Assembly: GCA_046563655.1 (NCBI GenBank)
Contig: CM102285.1
Coordinates: 1,550,001 to 1,614,000 of the forward strand
From: Yuukianura sp. NJ FZ-2021
Lineage: Eukaryota
Direction: 5' to 3'
Length of the DNA: 64,000 nucleotides
Shown here one piece after another: positions 60,258 through 64,000 of this stretch (positions are counted from its first letter, which is position 1; each line of letters opens with the position of its first letter). The notes under the pieces were generated by a model that did not search any database, was not told the origin of the DNA, and was given only the letters and a program-made list of their open reading frames with translations. Made by a program: the position numbers and the translations under genes.

Positions 60258-62313
60258 ATGAAGTCTTCAGGCGACTCTTCGAGCTTTGTTAACAAATTAG
60301 TTTATTTGTTTCTTATCGCTTTCACCTCCGATCCACTTGGTAATGATTACGTTTAATCTAATAATTCCTTTTGAAACGAAAATTAGCTTCATATAATTAT
60401 TTTCATAAATGAAGTTTTTAAAATACATTTCTGCCATATTCTTTTTATTGTGAAGGATGTATGGCCAAATCCTCAAAAACGTCGGAAAAGTACATTACTG
60501 ATCTAATTCAAAAGAGCAATCCGTTGGTTCCGCCTGAAGTCAATGTCACACTTGACATTTCACTTTACTTGCATCAACTTCTAAAAGTGGTAAAAGATTT
60601 ATTATAAAAATTGATGGAGTTGAGAATTACCTCCAAAGTTAGAAAAAATACGAATGTACATTTCGTGCTGTTAAAAGTTTTTCTAACTTTTGTTTAAAAA
60701 CTTTTATTTTGGCTTATTTTATTTTATTTTTATTGTTTAAAATGTTTTTAGAATGAAAAGGAACAAGTGATGACGTCACAAGTTACGTTGGAAGTGGTTA
60801 GTTGTTTCACCCAAAATTGTGGAAACTTCAAATTTTGAAAAAACTAAACGTTTTCTTTTGTGATTACTAGGATTGGAATGACCATAGGTTGACATGGGAC
60901 AACGCCACAAGCCCTCAGGGCATGACCGTTGCCTATCTCCCGCCCTCTAAAATTTGGACACCAAAATTATACCTTGCTAATTCGTAAGTTCTCCAAAATT
61001 TTATATGTTTTAGATTTTTGTAATTTAAATCTTTGAATTTGGATTCTAAAAATGAAGTTTTCTACTTTTCGGTGTAAAGTTAAATTCAAAGCAGTTACTT
61101 AATTTCAGCGCCGTCGGATCTGGATCGTTCAGTGGTGGAAATGACGTGATGATTTATCCAGACGGCCATGTCAAGTGGTTTATTCGAGCAATGTTGACGG
61201 TATTAACGTCATGAATTTGGCTCAACTTTTAATTTCCGAAAAATTTAATTTAACATTTGGATTTAGAGCTCCTGCACAATAGACGTTACATACTACCCGT
61301 TTGATCAACAAACTTGCATTTTAAAAATTGTCCCCGAGGATCCTACAATTCGATTACAATTACACAGAGATATAAATTTCATGCGGTTGGAAGAATTTTA
61401 CTTGTCAGGTAATATACGTCATACTTCATATGAAATTTGTAATTTGCACATTATGTTTTGTGTGTAACTGCTTTTTTTTTTAAAAAAATGAAAAAATTTC
61501 AAAATTTGTAAGAACTTTTTTGAAATTTTGTAGTTGAATGGAATGTGATAGAAGTACCGGCTTATTTGAACGTGTATCCTGTATCACCCAACGTACTCCA
61601 GTACGACATTACCTACTATGTAACCATTCGAAGACGAACCAACTGGGTGTACCAAGTCTACCCGTCACTTGCTCTTGCTCTGTTGACCTTGACCCCATGC
61701 TTCATTCCAAGGTCAAAACTTTTAGCAAAGTTGGTACTACACTTCCTAACATTAGCAGGAATTTCTCTTATTTGGAGTGATACAGCAGCAACACTTGCTG
61801 CCACCGCGCTTGTGATACCACACATTTTCAAATTTTTGATCCCCCTGGCAGTTATAAATTTACTCCATCTTGTACTCACTTGCATCTTCAGTCGCTGGAA
61901 CGACACAGTGGATAAGACATTCAAAAATGCTGGAAACAAAATTTGTGTAAAAATTAATAGTTCTTGTTACAAAATTTTTGAGCCTATTTTGAACAAAATT
62001 ATTTCGAATTCTCCAATTATTGAAAAATTTTGTCTCAAATTTCCAGAAACTGTTTTTTCGACGAGGAGAGGAAACAGCAAAGACTCTGCAGGTTGATGAA
62101 AATTTGATCGAGACTGCGGATTCCAAACCCAAAGAATTGGCGGGAAATTCAAATTCAACGTGGACTTTCCTAAACATCATGGAATGCATGATTTCTGTTT
62201 CGGTTCTTGTCGGAGTCATCATTTTAGTTATCCATTTTCTGACTAACCCTCCGCACATTGGTGAAAAAGTGGAAGGCCATCGGATTGTGGACATGTATTC
62301 TGTAAGAGATTAG
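60258..62313 (+). CDS. Divergent nicotinic acetylcholine receptor-like subunit (no vicinal CC)
   Basis: NEKEQVMTS, WNDHRLTWD, IWTPKL, Cys-loop CTIDVTYYPFDQQTC, ITYYVTIRRR and M1-M3. A phase-0 intron at 61947-62046 links to the M4 exon ending at 62313. Confidence 0.83.
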
Positions 62314-62679
62314 TGCAAAACAGAAGCGAATTGTAAAACACAATCATGTCAAGTTAAATTAACTCACTATACAGTAATAACAACAGAAACATAAAGTGAC
62401 AATTTAGTGGAGCTTTATCGATATATTTCATGCTAAAAATTATTACTCGAATGATGAATTTTGTGTATACAAATTCTACATAGCGCTACTCAGCTCTAAA
62501 TTACGTTAATTACGACAAGATTTTAACTACGCAAAGCATTCTTGCAGAATGTTGCAGAAATACTATGCTGCAAATTTTGAGTCAGCCTGCAGAAAAAGAA
62601 AATTGTCAAAAAAAGAAAATTTTTTTTTTAATTTTGGTAATTGAGTTTTGATGTGAATTTCCTCAGAAGTACCAAACAT

Positions 62680-63638
62680 CTAGAATGTTAACAGACAAAA
62701 TGCAATTCCACGCGCCACGTTGTCCAGCAGTGTTAATTTCGCTTCCTAAAAAGTTGAAATAAAAGATTTAGAAAGAATCAGCAGAACAAAAACTTTGATT
62801 TTTAAGATGAAATGTATGATTTACTCCTTCCATGTGATAAAAGGCTCCAACTGTACTTTTGAGTACTGGAATTGACCGCAGTGTTTTCATTACAAAAAGA
62901 CGTTGATGTGTTTTACCTATGGTCTTCTGATGATTTCGAAGGTTCTGATGGAATTTAGATGAAATCTGGTACACGCGCGACATGAGTAATGCAGCAGGAC
63001 CAAACGCAAGCGCAATAGTGAACCCATAAAACGCTAATGCAGCATTGAATCCCGGATGTACAGCGTTGCGCAGGCGTGCAAGACTGAAAACTACCATGAA
63101 AATGCCAACAAACCCTCCCAGCTTTACAACAGGCAAAAAGAGTGATCCGAATAGAATATTATGAAGCTGGTTCCACAATTGCATTGAGCGGTAAACGCGA
63201 ATGCAAAGTGACTCTTTACCAGAAACATTCGGCCACTCCAAACTATATGAAATTGCATTCAACAACATTCGAGTTTCAAATTTTAAAAAAGCAAAAAGTA
63301 GGTTTGGACGCGGTACATACCATGCTTTACTCAGCCACAGTGATAGAGAGAGTATGGATGGACTGAAAATTGCAAAAAGCATGGTCGCATCGCTTCCGAA
63401 TTGAATTGCAGCAACAATTGCTACGGTAGCAACAATCAAACGCATCCACCAACCTGAAAACATGGAGCAATTGATCAGCAATGCAAGAATTCCAGCTGAT
63501 GTTGTGCTCACAGCAATAGAATAGGTCAAAACAGCATAAATTTTTCCACGAAAAGATGATTTCGATGACGGTTGAGTCCAGTCATCTTCAGATTTGTCCT
63601 TATTTGGTTGTTCCGCTGCAAATGAAGTAATTTCAACT
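62680..63638 (-). CDS. GR/OR-like 7TM chemoreceptor, 3' part (5' exons outside the window)
   Basis: Multiple TM helices; the C-terminus KTLRSIPVLKSTVGAFYHMEG|EAKLTLLDNVARGIAFCLLTF* resembles the insect chemoreceptor superfamily TM7 region. Last exon 62745-62680. Confidence 0.6.
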
Positions 63639-64000
63639 CTTCAAAAAAGAAGTTGCAAAAAGTTTACTAACGTGGATTAGTACTTTTGTCCAAAAAAAAA
63701 TATTTTTTTTATAATTTAATGGTTTTCAGTGTGCTGAGTAAGAATTTAGCCGCGAGCGAGTGGTTCCCCGGTTTTCAATTTTTTTTTTTCAAAATTTTGA
63801 AAAAAAAATTTCGAATAAACCTTTTTCGCTCCGATTTAAACAAAATGCATTTTCTAGACTAATTCGAGGGTGCTGAAACCGATTTCGAAATTAGATTGAG
63901 CAAAAATATGCAATTAATCTCAAATAAAATAAGTTGTTGTTTTTTTTTTTTTTGAAATTTTTAAAAAATAAATTTTCTGAAAAAAAACATTCCAAAAAAA

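Noticed and set aside
62020-62096. Frameshift in the nAChR-like gene
   Set aside because: Explained by a phase-0 intron at 61947-62046.
63730-64000. Possible repeat or MITE at the window end
   Set aside because: Truncated by the window; no TIR or TSD can be verified.

Overview
AT-rich, intron-containing animal genomic DNA. The gene-family mix suggests a hexapod, probably a springtail; this is inferred from gene content only. From left to right the window holds: the last exon of a SEC14/CRAL-TRIO gene; an 8-exon fatty acyl-CoA reductase with a pogo-like transposon remnant in intron 3; a minus-strand tandem cluster of four divergent ionotropic-receptor (IR)-like genes plus pseudogene remnants, interleaved with a truncated ISL2EU/Harbinger-type transposase and a knottin-like secreted precursor; a nested insertion (full-length APE-RT LINE with a 26-bp hairpin array, inside a DINE-1/Helentron-like element, inside an IR intron); a Cys-rich EB-module secreted protein; an 8-exon gene fusing a RING-H2 finger to a Rab GTPase, mostly missed by the ORF track and the most unusual item; a tRNA-derived SINE; a WS/DGAT-like acyltransferase; two SLC18B1-like MFS transporters; three tandem SEC14-like genes; two divergent Cys-loop receptor subunits; and part of a GR/OR-like chemoreceptor. 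All exon models were read by hand from GT/GC-AG sites and frame continuity, and no database searches were run.
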